Shown here piece after piece: positions 62,740 to 64,000 of a DNA stretch of 64,000 nucleotides. The DNA is from a virus: IMG/VR virus record IMGVR_UViG_3300021977_000001, one strand, 5' to 3'. The translations under genes and the position numbers were made by a program. A model generated the notes under the pieces. It was not told the DNA's origin. It ran no database searches and saw only the letters and a program-made list of their open reading frames with translations. Position 1 is the first letter of the stretch. The number at the start of each line of letters is the position of its first letter.

Positions 62740-64000
62740 TGAGTATTGAAAAGAACGACTATTTAAGATTTGCACTTAAGCATAATGCCTTTATTTATAA
62801 GCATTGGCATTTAAGTGTCTTTGGTATCTTCACACCTCAACCACGCGAAGACATGTACGTTGGTATGTTGGTAGAGTATGATGACGATATCTATTACATC
62901 GACGAACAGGGTAGTCGTCAGGGTCCTGTATTGGGTTTTAAAAACGACCAGCCTTTATTTACACCTAACGACATAGTAACGCTATCTAAAGGCGATCTGG
63001 CTAACGTTACCGTATCTACCGAATCTACCGTAGGACGTACTCTGGCTAACGCTATGCTGCTAGCGTATCCCTTTCAAGATACGTTTGATTTTATTAACGA
63101 AGAAGTTAAAGCAGGCAAGATAGGTGATCAAATTGCAATAGCGCTTAAAGACGATGTTATTACTGCAGAGCAGGTATCTGTCTATTTTAAACAACTTTAC
63201 TTCATGTCTAGTTTAACCAGCCTTTGGGTCCCTTCTGCTTCTGAGAAGTCAATCACCACGTCGCCTGCTATTGTAAAACGACGTGATCAGTTGCTTAAAC
63301 AACACAAAGACGAGTTAGATAATCCAGCGGTAATTGCTAAGATTGAGAAAGAGCTCATCGACATGGACCGGGAGTATATTAAAGACGACCCATCTGCGGG
63401 GTTCTATAAGTCAGCTAAGGCCTTTAACGTTACCCGTAAGCAAGCATATATCATGCATGGTGGCGAGGCGTCCTTTGAAGATCCCTCTAAAATTGAAGTT
63501 ATTCCGCGCTCGCTTCAAGATGGATGGAACGTTGACGACTTGCCTGCATTGATCAACTCGCTACGTGACGGGTCTTACGCGCGTTCTACTCAGACGGCGT
63601 TAGGTGGTGAAGCGGTGAAGACCATCACTCGCGTATTCCAAAATAGCTTTATCTCTCAAGATGATTGTAAAGATAAAGTAGGGATGCCTATGATTATTAC
63701 AGAATTGAATTATCGTTCTTTTATAGGTCGTCATTTAGTATCATCACCTGACAAATCCCTTACTGAAGCAGAGTTAAAGAACAGCATAGGTAAGACACTT
63801 GTACTCAGAAGCCCAATGAGCTGTAAAGTACCCTTTACCGACTATTGTAAAGTCTGCATGGGTGACGCGATTGCTGATAACGATAAAGCACTATCGTTAC
63901 TTGCTTCGGCCACAGGTAGTGCCTTTCTCTCTTTATTCCTTAAACGCTTCCACGCGTCTAACATTGAGACAGAGGTCTTACAGGGAATGGATTTCATCCA
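62739..64000 (+). CDS. Virion RNA polymerase beta-prime subunit (phiKZ gp80-like), partial
   Basis: Not in the ORF track; hand-translated open frame MSIEKNDYLRFALKH... to the window end. Contains a bridge-helix-like NSLRDGSYARSTQTALGGEAVK...QDDC and a Zn site LRSPMSC...YCKVCMG. Confidence 0.85.
   Translation, partial: MSIEKNDYLRFALKHNAFIYKHWHLSVFGIFTPQPREDMYVGMLVEYDDDIYYIDEQGSRQGPVLGFKNDQPLFTPNDIVTLSKGDLANVTVSTESTVGRTLANAMLLAYPFQDTFDFINEEVKAGKIGDQIAIALKDDVITAEQVSVYFKQLYFMSSLTSLWVPSASEKSITTSPAIVKRRDQLLKQHKDELDNPAVIAKIEKELIDMDREYIKDDPSAGFYKSAKAFNVTRKQAYIMHGGEASFEDPSKIEVIPRSLQDGWNVDDLPALINSLRDGSYARSTQTALGGEAVKTITRVFQNSFISQDDCKDKVGMPMIITELNYRSFIGRHLVSSPDKSLTEAELKNSIGKTLVLRSPMSCKVPFTDYCKVCMGDAIADNDKALSLLASATGSAFLSLFLKRFHASNIETEVLQGMDFI

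Noticed and set aside
6008-63552. Many 60-165 aa opposite-strand or alternative-frame ORFs in the track (for example 6008..6211, 8852..9085, 11471..11737, 31698..32192, 39799..40113, 41528..41911, 60107..60439, 63334..63552)
   Set aside because: They lie fully inside longer genes with recognisable motifs, lack RBSs and have the composition of antisense shadows.
1-64000. CRISPR array, tRNA genes, IS elements or integrase
   Set aside because: By eye, no regularly spaced direct repeats, no T-loop GTTCRA cloverleaf and no transposase or integrase motifs were found; tRNAscan and a CRISPR finder were not run.

Overview
This window is a 64-kb segment of a phiKZ-like (Chimalliviridae-type) jumbo myophage genome. 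The host is probably a marine gammaproteobacterium, inferred from host-like HDOD and endonuclease I genes. The core block is syntenic with phiKZ/SPN3US: portal, non-virion RNAP beta subunit, major capsid protein, DnaB helicase, neck/baseplate and inner-head paralogs, the split family-B DNA polymerase and the virion RNAP beta-prime subunit (runs off the right edge). Accessory islands carry a complete dTTP pathway (dcd, dimeric dUTPase, thyA, DHFR, tmk), RuvC, two lysis-type loci, tandem HDOD proteins, a secreted endonuclease I, NADAR and macrodomain proteins. Three signals missing from the ORF track stand out. (1) A 49-aa acidic peptide at 34073-34222 has its own early promoter and RBS and ends in DDCEGGACKI, the redox tail of class Ia ribonucleotide reductase. 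(2) A roughly 300-nt ORF-free, heavily base-paired region at 39241-39537 is bracketed by two terminators inside the head-gene cluster and is a candidate ncRNA. (3) About 16 hairpins end in TATGCC(G) rather than a U-tract. All family assignments come from motif recognition and gene order; no database search was run.
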